Notes under the pieces: generated by a model
Seen by the model: the letters and a program-made list of their open reading frames with translations, nothing else
Database searches by the model: none
Told to the model about the DNA's origin: nothing
IMG/VR virus record: IMGVR_UViG_3300009152_000003
Location: 1 to 64,000 of that record
Direction: 5' to 3' (one strand)
From: a virus
Length of the DNA: 64,000 bases
Part shown: one piece after another, positions 46,950-55,560 of the stretch
Position numbering within the stretch: position 1 is the stretch's first letter
Layout of the letters: the number at the start of each line of letters is the position of its first letter
Program-made: the position numbers and the translations under genes

Positions 46950-48296
46950 ATGGCCAAATTCCAACTGACCATCAGCTCCGACTACGTCAGCGACTGGAGC
47001 GCCTACGAAGGCGTCCGTGAATCCATCCAGAACGCCCTGGATGGCAAGGATGCCGGCCATCCCATGCACATCCGTCATAACGGTGACACCCTCAACATCG
47101 CCAACTTCGGCGTGCGCCTCGACCGCTCGGTCTGGCTGATGGGCAGCACATCCAAAGCTGAGACCGACGCCCGCGGCCACTTCGGCGAAGGGCTCAAACT
47201 CGGCGCCCTGGCTCTGGTCCGTGCCGGCCGCAAGCTCCGCATCGTCAACGATGACGAGGACTGGCTCTGCACCCTTGAGGACTCCAAGGCCTTCCCGGGC
47301 CAGCAGGTCCTGACTGTCACCACCCGCAAGCGCCCCACCCCGCTGGGTGCCTTCTCGGTTCAGGTCCTCTGTTCCGAGGAGGAATGGAGCGAGTGGCAGG
47401 ACTCCTTCATTGACCTCAAGCCCAAGGCTCTGAAGTCGATCCCCGCCGGCGGCGTCCAGATCCTCACCGATCCCGTCGAGCGTGGCCGCTGCTATGTCAA
47501 AGGCATCTTTGTCGAATACAAGCCGGATCTTTACGCTGGCTACAACTTCAACCGCGACGTTCGCACCGACCGCGATCGCCGGGTGATGAACAGCTTCGAC
47601 TTCGACTACCACGCCGGCAACGCCTGGATCGGCGCCCTCACCGACGGAGAGATCACTCCCACCGACATGCTGGCCATGCTGCAATCAGCAGCGCCAGATG
47701 CTAAGGCAACCGGCAACCGCTATTGCCCCGCTTCTGGTATCGAAGCCGTCGGCACTGCCTGGACTTCCATCCATGGCGCCTCTGCTATGCCTGTTCTTGA
47801 TCAAGCCGGCGCCATCGAAGCTGGTCACTATGGCCGGATCGGCATCATCGCCAGCCCTGCGACCTGCACCTTCCTCGATGACCACCCGACATTGAGCCTC
47901 AAGTCCCTGCGGGTGGCGAAGCGCAACGACGTCACGGCCACCTACGGCCTGGGCGATCTCACCTATTCCGAGCGTTTCATCTACCAGTCCGCCATCGAAG
48001 CCATCACCCCGACGCTTAACTCCATGGGCATCACGCCCATCGCGCCTCGTCTCGGCCTCGTCGACTTTCAGTGTGACGACGTCCTTGGCCTGCACCGCTT
48101 CAACCGAGAAGAATCCGTGCACCAGATCCTGGTGGCACGGCGCACCCTCAAGTCCCTGCCCTCCTTCCTGCAGGTGCTCGTCCACGAGATTGCTCACGAC
48201 TTCGGCGGCGACGGCGAAGTCAGTCACGAGCGCGCCGAAGGCGAGATCTTCTCCAAGGTCATCAGCCGACTGCTCGATGCCGCCCTGGTCGCATGA
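46950..48296 (+). CDS. GHKL-type ATPase fused to a C-terminal HExxH domain
   Basis: GVRESIQNALD, GHFGEGLKLG; LVHEIAHD..H. Confidence 0.75.
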   Translation: MAKFQLTISSDYVSDWSAYEGVRESIQNALDGKDAGHPMHIRHNGDTLNIANFGVRLDRSVWLMGSTSKAETDARGHFGEGLKLGALALVRAGRKLRIVNDDEDWLCTLEDSKAFPGQQVLTVTTRKRPTPLGAFSVQVLCSEEEWSEWQDSFIDLKPKALKSIPAGGVQILTDPVERGRCYVKGIFVEYKPDLYAGYNFNRDVRTDRDRRVMNSFDFDYHAGNAWIGALTDGEITPTDMLAMLQSAAPDAKATGNRYCPASGIEAVGTAWTSIHGASAMPVLDQAGAIEAGHYGRIGIIASPATCTFLDDHPTLSLKSLRVAKRNDVTATYGLGDLTYSERFIYQSAIEAITPTLNSMGITPIAPRLGLVDFQCDDVLGLHRFNREESVHQILVARRTLKSLPSFLQVLVHEIAHDFGGDGEVSHERAEGEIFSKVISRLLDAALVA

Positions 48297-48592
48297 CCGA
48301 CGGCGCCATGCGACAAGTCGGGACGCCCTGTCCCGACTGCGGCTCGATCGAGCGCGGTGTCATCGAGTCGCGGCCCCGCAGTGGCGGCTCGATCTACCGC
48401 CGCTGCTTTTGCCGCCGGTGCGGTACTCGCTACACCACTCGGGAACAACTGGTCGGCGAGGCAGCCACCAAGACGCCCGACGACAGCCGCGCCGAACGGC
48501 TCAGACGCGCGGCAATGATCGATCAGATCGATCGCATCGAGCGCAGCCTTGCCGTCCTCAGGAAGAACGTGCCTCCTGTCAATTTGACCTGA
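48293..48592 (+). CDS. NrdR-like zinc-ribbon protein
   Basis: CPDCGS..VIESRP..YRRCFCRRCGTRYTTRE. Confidence 0.75.
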   Translation: MTDGAMRQVGTPCPDCGSIERGVIESRPRSGGSIYRRCFCRRCGTRYTTREQLVGEAATKTPDDSRAERLRRAAMIDQIDRIERSLAVLRKNVPPVNLT

Positions 48593-48604
48593 TCTTTGTA
48601 GCCC

Positions 48605-48619
48605 CACTCAGCAGTGCAC
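48605..48619 (+). promoter_or_regulatory. CACTCAGCAGTGCAC element, copy 7
   Basis: Exact 15-mer; outer stem GTAGCCCCA/TGGGGTTGC; extended apical stem GCACAG/CTGTGT. Confidence 0.8.
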
Positions 48620-48677
48620 AGATCTGTGTTGCTGGCTGGGGTTGCTTGTCCTCTTTGTTTCCTAGCTCCCTCCTTCC

Positions 48678-49229
48678 ACGACCGAAACCAACGCCATCCA
48701 GTATTTCGACATTGCCAAACAGATTCAGCAACGCTACGAAAACCTGAGTTCCGAAAAAGACCAATGTGTCTTGCAGTTGCGGGCAATCTTTGCTTTCCTA
48801 CGCACCAAGTACCCCGACCTGCGGCGCATCGAAATCGTCTACGACGGCTGCGGTGATAGCGGCCAGGTCGAATCGATTCACTTTAGCTCGGACTGCGATG
48901 TTTGGACGCACTCGACCAACTTAAAAATCGACGACTCGGAGGTTCTTCCCAACGAAATCGCCTGTGGCCACACAGCTCGCAAAGGGCACTGGTGCAACGA
49001 GCGCCGCGAGTGGGTTCAAGACGAAGAGCTTCGCAATGAAAACATTGCAGACGCTCTAGACCGCATTGGTTGGGACATCGCCTATGGCGAAAACCCTGGC
49101 TTTGAGGTCAACGAAGGCGGTTACGGCACCGTCTCTGTCTCCACTGACGGCGACTCCGATGAGATCCGGGTCAACCTTGAGCACAGCGAACGCTACGAGT
49201 CGACAACCGATACCTCTTACACCTATTGA
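48678..49229 (+). CDS. DUF6878-like protein (probable ACG start; first canonical start is TTG 48771)
   Basis: IEIVYDGCGDSGQVE..GFEVNEGGYG; the frame is open upstream to ACG 48678. Confidence 0.65.
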   Translation, partial: TTETNAIQYFDIAKQIQQRYENLSSEKDQCVLQLRAIFAFLRTKYPDLRRIEIVYDGCGDSGQVESIHFSSDCDVWTHSTNLKIDDSEVLPNEIACGHTARKGHWCNERREWVQDEELRNENIADALDRIGWDIAYGENPGFEVNEGGYGTVSVSTDGDSDEIRVNLEHSERYESTTDTSYTY

Positions 49230-49636
49230 TGTCTCACTACCACTACCACGCCGTCAGCAGTGCCAATGCGTTTGGCGGTGCGCCTGAAGACTATCACAAG
49301 TTCCATCAGTGGATGGACCGAGGTCGCGTCGGCACCGACCGGCTACTGCATCGGATGCTCGCTCATCACACCCAAGGTATCCAAGATGCCATCGCGCTGT
49401 TTGGCGACACCATCACCAACAGCAAAGGACGTCAAGTCCCGACATCTCTGCTGGCGCATCAGCACATCCTTGAGGACCTCGGCTTCGTGCCCACGCTTGA
49501 ACACTGCCTCGAACTGCTCCACTGTCCGCGCTGGGCCAGCAAGCCGGCGCGCCTGCTGCACAGCCGACTCAGCGAAGTCCTCCCCGTCGACCCTGAACCT
49601 GCTTCTTCCCCCGCAACCCCCATTCATGGAAACTAA
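49226..49636 (+). CDS. DUF6915-like protein
   Basis: HAVSSA..FGG.PEDY..H.WMD..HR.L.HH..G..HILEDLGFVPT. Confidence 0.7.
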   Translation: MMSHYHYHAVSSANAFGGAPEDYHKFHQWMDRGRVGTDRLLHRMLAHHTQGIQDAIALFGDTITNSKGRQVPTSLLAHQHILEDLGFVPTLEHCLELLHCPRWASKPARLLHSRLSEVLPVDPEPASSPATPIHGN

Positions 49637-49687
49637 ATCCATCGACCACTACCCCGAACCCTGAGTTCGCTGCAGTGAGATCATGCT
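49626..49687 (+). pseudogene. Truncated duplicate of the 5' end of gene 49999..50403
   Basis: 57/62 nt identical to 49999-50060; reads METKSIDHYPEP then stop. Confidence 0.75.
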
Positions 49688-49973
49688 TTCTGATCCCCAA
49701 TTTTCTCCTTCCATGCCTGACACATCTGAAGAGCTGATCACGATCAGCGAGAAAGATCTCGTCGAGTCTCTAGCCCTTGCAATGAGCGCCGAGGACATCG
49801 ACGAAGACATCTGCAACAGCGTGATCGCCACGTTGCTTGATGCCATCACCAACCACTGCGATTCGCTTCCTAGTGATCTTAAGGCGCAGCAGCGTTACGA
49901 CAGCAACGACGAAACAGCAATGGCTGCTTTCAACTTTCCCAGCGATTCTTTCGAAGTCCAGCGCTGGATCTGA
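49683..49973 (+). CDS. Acidic hypothetical protein flanked by 62-bp direct repeats
   Basis: 96 aa ORF. Confidence 0.55.
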   Translation: MLSDPQFSPSMPDTSEELITISEKDLVESLALAMSAEDIDEDICNSVIATLLDAITNHCDSLPSDLKAQQRYDSNDETAMAAFNFPSDSFEVQRWI

Positions 49974-49998
49974 CTCCAAATTCCCCACTCTTTCTGCA

Positions 49999-50403
49999 AT
50001 GGAAACCAAATCCATCGACCACTACCCTGAACCCGGGGTTCGCTGCAGTGAGATCACGCTCACTGTTCGCATAACCTACGAATCCTTTTTCACCGCTCCT
50101 GGTGAATGGGACCACGACCACATGTTACACGCACTTGTCGGTGACTCGCCTCTCGAGCGTTACGGAATCGAGGGCTACGACGTCAACTGCACCAGCCACG
50201 TCGAATGGGTTGAAATCAACCCCATCACCTACAGCCCTGGCTTCGACAAAAGCGTCGTCACCACCGCTCCGGTGGACGAGACCAACTACCGCGATCACTG
50301 TCGAGCGCTCAATCGCGTCCCCTCGCAAGCCGGCTTCTGGCGATACGTCCTCAAAAACCTCCACGGCATTCAAAAGCTCCCACCCTCCAATGCCCCTCAC
50401 TGA
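49999..50403 (+). CDS. Hypothetical protein
   Basis: Start METKSID. Confidence 0.6.
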   Translation: METKSIDHYPEPGVRCSEITLTVRITYESFFTAPGEWDHDHMLHALVGDSPLERYGIEGYDVNCTSHVEWVEINPITYSPGFDKSVVTTAPVDETNYRDHCRALNRVPSQAGFWRYVLKNLHGIQKLPPSNAPH

Positions 50404-50764
50404 TCCCAAGCTCCATCCCCTAGCCGTCCTCGGCAAAGCGCCTGAGCCCAGCGGCTGCCTCAAGGGTTACTGCAACACGACCTACGACAACCTCGTCGCC
50501 CTGCTGGGGCAGCCGCACACTCACCGCGGCGACAAGACCAACGTCGAGTGGGCTTTTCGCTGCAACGACGGGACCACCTTCCACGTCTACGACTGGAAGC
50601 TGCCTTCCACTCCCAAAGGCCCGTACGACTGGCACATCGGCGGCAGTAGCAGCTCTGCCCTTGTCGCCTTTCATCGCTTCACGGGACTGCCGGTGACGCC
50701 ACTCGACGTCGAGTCCTACCAAGTCGCCTACGTCTGGAAACCAAACTCAATCTTTCCCCTCTGA
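50390..50764 (+). CDS. Conserved phage hypothetical protein
   Basis: LKGY..TYDNLV..LG.P..GDKTNVEW..VYDWK..WHIGG. Confidence 0.7.
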   Translation: MPLTDPKLHPLAVLGKAPEPSGCLKGYCNTTYDNLVALLGQPHTHRGDKTNVEWAFRCNDGTTFHVYDWKLPSTPKGPYDWHIGGSSSSALVAFHRFTGLPVTPLDVESYQVAYVWKPNSIFPL

Positions 50765-51372
50765 TGCCCATCAACAAAGCAAAAGCACTCAAGCTCAAGA
50801 ACAGCTTGCTTGAGCATCACTCTCTCTCTGACTTTCACAGCCTACCCAGGGTTGACCTAGTGCAGAGAATCGTTCACGACGCCGGCCTGGCCACGGCGTT
50901 CATCCCCATGATGGAGCGCTATAAGAAGGACCACAGCACTGCCAAGTGGCGCATGCACCTGGCAGTTGTCGACCCCGGCAACAACGACGTTTGCTTCTGG
51001 TGGGATCGCTTAGAGGCCATCGACCCCGCTTACGCCCTCATCGAATTGAGGCCGATGACCGACTACGTCGGCACGCTCGATACGTGCAACCTTTCCAGCC
51101 TCTGGTGGTCCGCCATGGGAGCTGGCCACGAACTGGCCAGCCTGCTCGCTCCGGACTGGCGCAAAGTTCGCGACCAGATGCGGGACAAGGGGCCGGATGG
51201 GCGCGCTCACTGGGGCACCCAGTTCCGCGGGGCATTTGCTCAAGCCTTTGACGACCACTGGGCTGATGACAGTCTCGTGCTTCGGCCCACGGTCAAGGCC
51301 GACAAACGGCTGCTGCGCTACTGCACGGCACCGCGGATCAATCCACCAACCATTGCAGCTTCTGAACTATGA
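50764..51372 (+). CDS. Hypothetical protein
   Basis: 202 aa, TGATG coupling. Confidence 0.6.
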   Translation: MPINKAKALKLKNSLLEHHSLSDFHSLPRVDLVQRIVHDAGLATAFIPMMERYKKDHSTAKWRMHLAVVDPGNNDVCFWWDRLEAIDPAYALIELRPMTDYVGTLDTCNLSSLWWSAMGAGHELASLLAPDWRKVRDQMRDKGPDGRAHWGTQFRGAFAQAFDDHWADDSLVLRPTVKADKRLLRYCTAPRINPPTIAASEL

Positions 51373-51686
51373 GCATCCAGCACAACATCACTGAAGTCCA
51401 GGGAAAAATCAGCCTCGCTCTTGAAGCCCTCGATCTTGCCGCTCACTTTGGCGGCACCTGGGGTGAGCACCCCCAGCATGAAGTCGGCGCCTGGGCCGAA
51501 GAAGTCGCCAGCGAAGACACCCGCCTGGGTTACTGGGAGTGGGTCGCCAACCGCATCGACAGCGGTGACTTTGATCTCGATGACGACGAGAGCGACGACG
51601 ACACGGACGAAGGCGGCGGAACGGACGACCAGGCAAACAGCGTCGCAGCGATCCTGAAGGCTGGCTTCGATGAGATGTTCGAATGA
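51369..51686 (+). CDS. Acidic hypothetical protein
   Basis: WGEHP..W..EVA..DTRLGYWEWV; Asp-rich tail. Confidence 0.65.
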   Translation: MSIQHNITEVQGKISLALEALDLAAHFGGTWGEHPQHEVGAWAEEVASEDTRLGYWEWVANRIDSGDFDLDDDESDDDTDEGGGTDDQANSVAAILKAGFDEMFE

Positions 51687-52108
51687 TCGACTACGACCGC
51701 TACACCAAGTACATCAAGGCCGCCCAGGGCAAGTTTGCTGGCGACCATGACGTCCTCATTTGCAACGACGCTGACGTTGACACCGACGTCGAACCTCGCA
51801 ACCCCGGCGCCTGGGTTGACGCCCGAATCTTCGTGCATGACGACGAACTCGAACCCGTTCCCGGTCCGACTTACGACGTCTGGATTGGGGAGCAGGGGGG
51901 GCTTGGGCCAGCCCCGGGTGGCACCTTCCTTGGCGACAACTGGGTCTGGACCTTCGACCAGTCCTTCACCTGCGACGACGACCCCGACGGCAAGGGCGCA
52001 CGCCTCCACGCGCACGAGTACGCCCGCTACCTGCGCAACACCTATCCCTGCGCCTTCGCGGCTGTCAGGCCCAGCGGCAAGTGCCCACTGCCGATCAAGC
52101 ATTCCTGA
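51683..52108 (+). CDS. Hypothetical protein, paralog of 53193..53672
   Basis: Shared WV.A..FV..LEP.P.P.Y.VW and AR..AH..A.YLR motifs. Confidence 0.65.
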   Translation: MIDYDRYTKYIKAAQGKFAGDHDVLICNDADVDTDVEPRNPGAWVDARIFVHDDELEPVPGPTYDVWIGEQGGLGPAPGGTFLGDNWVWTFDQSFTCDDDPDGKGARLHAHEYARYLRNTYPCAFAAVRPSGKCPLPIKHS

Positions 52109-52121
52109 ACCCCTTCCTCTA

Positions 52122-52628
52122 ATGGACCTTTCTCGCTACGTCGTCCTGGACCGCACGTCCGGGACGTTCTTCAACGCAGCACACGCCGTGCTGATTGATG
52201 TCGACGCCCTCCCCGAAGGCCTCGAAGAGTCGATGCTCAACGAAGGCAGCGACACCGACCGCTGCGAGCTGGCCGACATCCACGGCATCGACCTTGAGGC
52301 TTGGTCGCCAGCCTCTCCTATCCCACCGCCGGAGGAGGTAAGGGAAGTGGCAGAGGCGCTGCGTGGACCGCTCATGGAACCATGGGCCGGACTTCACGGA
52401 GCCAACGTCCTTGCTCGCGCCGCCGAGCTGTTGACGCAGCTCTCTGTAGCCGCAACCCCACCGGACGACAAAAACGCCCAGGTCCTCGACGCCGTGGCCG
52501 AGCTGCTCAACAACGAGCAATGGAGCTCCGATCACCTGGAAGCAGTGGCTGACATGGTGCGCGCCACAAGCCGCGCCATCGGTGACAACTTCCATGCCGA
52601 CGCACCTTCTGAATCCTCTCCTCTCTGA
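52122..52628 (+). CDS. Hypothetical protein
   Basis: Start MDLSRY. Confidence 0.6.
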   Translation: MDLSRYVVLDRTSGTFFNAAHAVLIDVDALPEGLEESMLNEGSDTDRCELADIHGIDLEAWSPASPIPPPEEVREVAEALRGPLMEPWAGLHGANVLARAAELLTQLSVAATPPDDKNAQVLDAVAELLNNEQWSSDHLEAVADMVRATSRAIGDNFHADAPSESSPL

Positions 52629-52632
52629 ACCC

Positions 52633-53196
52633 ATGGGCTGGCTATTCGACACTCATCCGACCTCCAAGGCCAACTACGTCAAGGAACTCTTGGCGCGCAA
52701 CTTCACATCAAGCTCATCCTGCACTTTGCTGGATCATTCACTTCGGGGCAACTGCCTCTGGGTCCTGGCCCAGCCGGCGGGACAAGAGCCCTTCATCCTT
52801 CTCTTCCTGCTCGAGTGCCACGACGGCTGCTGGGGCTACAAGGATATGGACGAATCCTGCGGCCCCTACTACCACAATTGTCCGCTCAAGTTCCTTGAGC
52901 AGGCGCCGGAGCCCCAGGGCCACAACCGCAACCACGCCGGCAGTAGCAAGAGCTGGCGGGACTTCGTCCGCGAGCACCACGCTGCACTCAGGCAACAGCG
53001 CAAGTCACGGCCCGTCGTCGGCCAGAAGATCCGCCTCGATGGCGAACGCTTCCCCGGCTACGAAGCCACCTACACCGTCACCGCAGACCTGGGCCGCAAA
53101 GGGCTGCTGCTCAACAACTACCTCCGGCTCAACGCCCGCCAGATCAAGTGGGCTGAGCTGGTGGGATCTTCTGTTCCCTCAGCGCCTAGCTCATGA
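52633..53196 (+). CDS. DUF6927-like protein
   Basis: MGWLF..WGYKDMDESCGPYYHNCP..WR. Confidence 0.7.
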   Translation: MGWLFDTHPTSKANYVKELLARNFTSSSSCTLLDHSLRGNCLWVLAQPAGQEPFILLFLLECHDGCWGYKDMDESCGPYYHNCPLKFLEQAPEPQGHNRNHAGSSKSWRDFVREHHAALRQQRKSRPVVGQKIRLDGERFPGYEATYTVTADLGRKGLLLNNYLRLNARQIKWAELVGSSVPSAPSS

Positions 53197-53672
53197 CCAC
53201 TCTTAGCCAACGCATCCGCGAGTGCATCCAGCACGAATACAACAACGCGGAAGTTCGACTGCCTCCGCCTGACCCCCTCGACCCCGACGACATCAGCTAC
53301 ACGCTTGACGACCGCGACGGCGGCTACTGGGTCCAGGCCGAAGTCTTTGTTTCTGCTATGGACCTTGAACCTAATCCAAACCCTGTCTACACCGTCTGGG
53401 AGTGCGAGGACTTTTCCACTGAATGCGACTGGTCCGATGTCTCCGACTGGCGGCTAGACGAGGTCTATCAATGCGAAAGTGATGACGCATCTGGCACAGC
53501 TGCCCGTCGCAAGGCGCACGATCGCGCCAAGTATTTGCGACGCCATAACTCTTGTGGGTTTCTGTTTGCGGTAAGGCTTGGCAACCAGCCGCCAAGACTC
53601 CTCCCTGTCAACCCAACCGCCAGCGCGAATTTTGCCAACTACCTCAGCTCTCACGCCGCGACAACGTCATGA
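53193..53672 (+). CDS. Hypothetical protein, paralog of 51683..52108
   Basis: Shared motifs as for 51683..52108. Confidence 0.65.
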   Translation: MTTLSQRIRECIQHEYNNAEVRLPPPDPLDPDDISYTLDDRDGGYWVQAEVFVSAMDLEPNPNPVYTVWECEDFSTECDWSDVSDWRLDEVYQCESDDASGTAARRKAHDRAKYLRRHNSCGFLFAVRLGNQPPRLLPVNPTASANFANYLSSHAATTS

Positions 53673-54784
53673 GCAAACGCTACACGCACTACTTTGACGT
53701 ACGGCTGGCTAACTCGTTTCAGTCCGACACCGAAGACTTCGACGAGGCTTTTGACGTCTGGTGCAACTCCTTTCCCGACAGGCCTTCCCTGCGCAAGGAG
53801 CTGCTGGCTCCCGACGAAGACACCAAGTCAATCCTCGGGGGAGTCACTTACAGCGACACCTGCATCAATCAAGACACCCTCGCCCCGGCAGCAGCCGGTG
53901 AATCTAATGGCTGAAATCGATCGCGTCTTGCGCGTCTCCACCCGGCACATGCCGGACTGCACCCAAGACCTCTCGGTCTGGCACTGGGGCGAGACCGATG
54001 CCATGGGCTTGACCTGGATCTACGCCTACGAAGAAGACTGCTTCTCTCGTGAGCAAGCAATCCCCGACTGGCTCCTGCCCATCTGTATTGCCGCACGCCA
54101 GACCTATGACTGCAACTGGATTCTCCTGGATCCAGACGCTGACTCGCTTGATGATTTCCCCACCTACGACGACAGGGAGGACAACGACGATGCCTAGCTA
54201 CCCCGGTGAACTCGGCCGAAGAGGGAAGGGCTACATCCCTCTCATCTTTCCCAACCGCACGCAACACGACTTCTTCCGCCATCTCACGGGTGCCGGCCAT
54301 CACTGGTACCACGGCGGCCAGGGGGCCATTCTCGCCAACGGCAAGGTCTACTGCACCCTCCACGACAGTAACCACGAAGCACTCTATTACGCCATCTGCT
54401 GTGGCGCGCGCGTTCCGCCTGACGCCTGGCTTGCTCCACCCAATCCTGACTCTGAAGCCGATGCCTGACCCCGCTTTCGATCTGCTCCAGCTTGAGCGAC
54501 ATCCCAATTGGTACGACCTTCTCCCCCAGCTAGAGGCCGCCCAGGCTGAGTTCGACCGGATCTACCGAATCCGCTGCGCTGCCGGCTGGGAGATCACCGA
54601 GCTCGGTACTTGGCTCACTCACGACCACGATGCCTCTGGCGATCGCATCACCGCTGAAGCGTGGGAGCTCGATGGCTACCCCAAGCCCGAAGACCCCGAC
54701 TACGGCGAGTGGCACCGCGCCGCCTACACCTACGAAGCGCGGGACAACGACCAAGACGGACCTGAACCTTACCCGCTCGGATGA
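53669..54784 (+). CDS. Four coupled small hypothetical genes (53669-53914, 53907-54197, 54190-54468, 54461-54784)
   Basis: Overlapping starts/stops; the second has the VSTRH..IPD.L..AR..C.WILLD.DA pattern. Confidence 0.6.
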
Positions 54785-54872
54785 ACACTGCAATCGATCA
54801 GCCCATATCACCTCCGTCTTCAGCTCCTTGACACCCATCACCCTTCGCTGAACCCCTTGTCTCTCTCTGGTC

Positions 54873-55040
54873 ATGCCTCTCGACTGCTCCCGCAAGCCCG
54901 TTCGCGTCTCTATCACCGTGTCCTGGGCCCTCCATGAAGCCCTGATTTCCCGGGCCAGCTCCGAAGGTCGCTCGCTATCAAACCTGCTTGCCTTTCTGCT
55001 CGAACGTTCCCTTCGATTACCCAGCCATGCTGACTCCTGA
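54873..55040 (+). CDS. Ribbon-helix-helix (CopG/Arc-like) regulator, 55 aa, absent from the ORF track
   Basis: MPLDCSRKPVRVSITVSWALHEALISRASSEGRSLSNLLAFLLE. Confidence 0.8.
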   Translation: MPLDCSRKPVRVSITVSWALHEALISRASSEGRSLSNLLAFLLERSLRLPSHADS

Positions 55041-55461
55041 CCAGCCTCAATCCATCCGCCCCGATCTGAGCGGACCCTACGCCAAGCTCGCGCGCCACAT
55101 CACGGCGATGTACGAGATCGTCCGCCTGGCGCCAACCAACGATCCCTCCCAGCCCGGCAGTCCTTCTATCGGCCTGTCCCATCGTGACCGGGCGGGGGTC
55201 ACGGAGCATCTTCGCGAGTGTCTGGAGATGATCTGCACCCTGGAGAAATGGATGATGAATTCTGTCGCGGTCGCCAATCCCGACGCCCCTGGCAAATGGT
55301 TCCGGATGGCCGCTGGCGATTCCGTCGTGAAACGATCCGACTCCAAACCCGACCGGCCGGAGGATCACCTCGATCTCGGGTTTGTCGGCAGACAGCGGGA
55401 GATGCTCGACCGCCTGCACACCAACGATGACGCGGCTGAGTCCAGGGCGACCGACAGGTAG
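55027..55461 (+). CDS. Hypothetical protein
   Basis: Start MLTPDQ. Confidence 0.55.
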   Translation: MLTPDQPQSIRPDLSGPYAKLARHITAMYEIVRLAPTNDPSQPGSPSIGLSHRDRAGVTEHLRECLEMICTLEKWMMNSVAVANPDAPGKWFRMAAGDSVVKRSDSKPDRPEDHLDLGFVGRQREMLDRLHTNDDAAESRATDR

Positions 55462-55497
55462 CTGCCAGTCCCGCCCTCACCCTCAGCTTCAACAACC

Positions 55498-55543
55498 AGC
55501 CCGACTCGCCCAGGCAGCAGCCACGGCGAGTCGGGCTTTCTTG
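55498..55543 (+). terminator. Hairpin/terminator
   Basis: AGCCCGACTCGCC/GGCGAGTCGGGCT 13-bp stem + TTCTT. Confidence 0.65.
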
Positions 55544-55560
55544 TGTCCTCTCAATCTCTT

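Noticed and set aside
36659-48619. 15-mer repeats as a CRISPR array or CRISPR-repeat mimic
   Set aside because: Spacing ranges from 92 bp to several kb with whole genes between; no cas genes; no GTT...GAAAC-type repeat ends
36659-48619. Integron attC sites, REP elements or Frpo/N4-type template-strand hairpin promoters
   Set aside because: No RYYYAAC/GTTRRRY ends; GT(A/G)G precedes only three copies and no RAYT is present; wobble pairs place the long hairpin on the non-template strand
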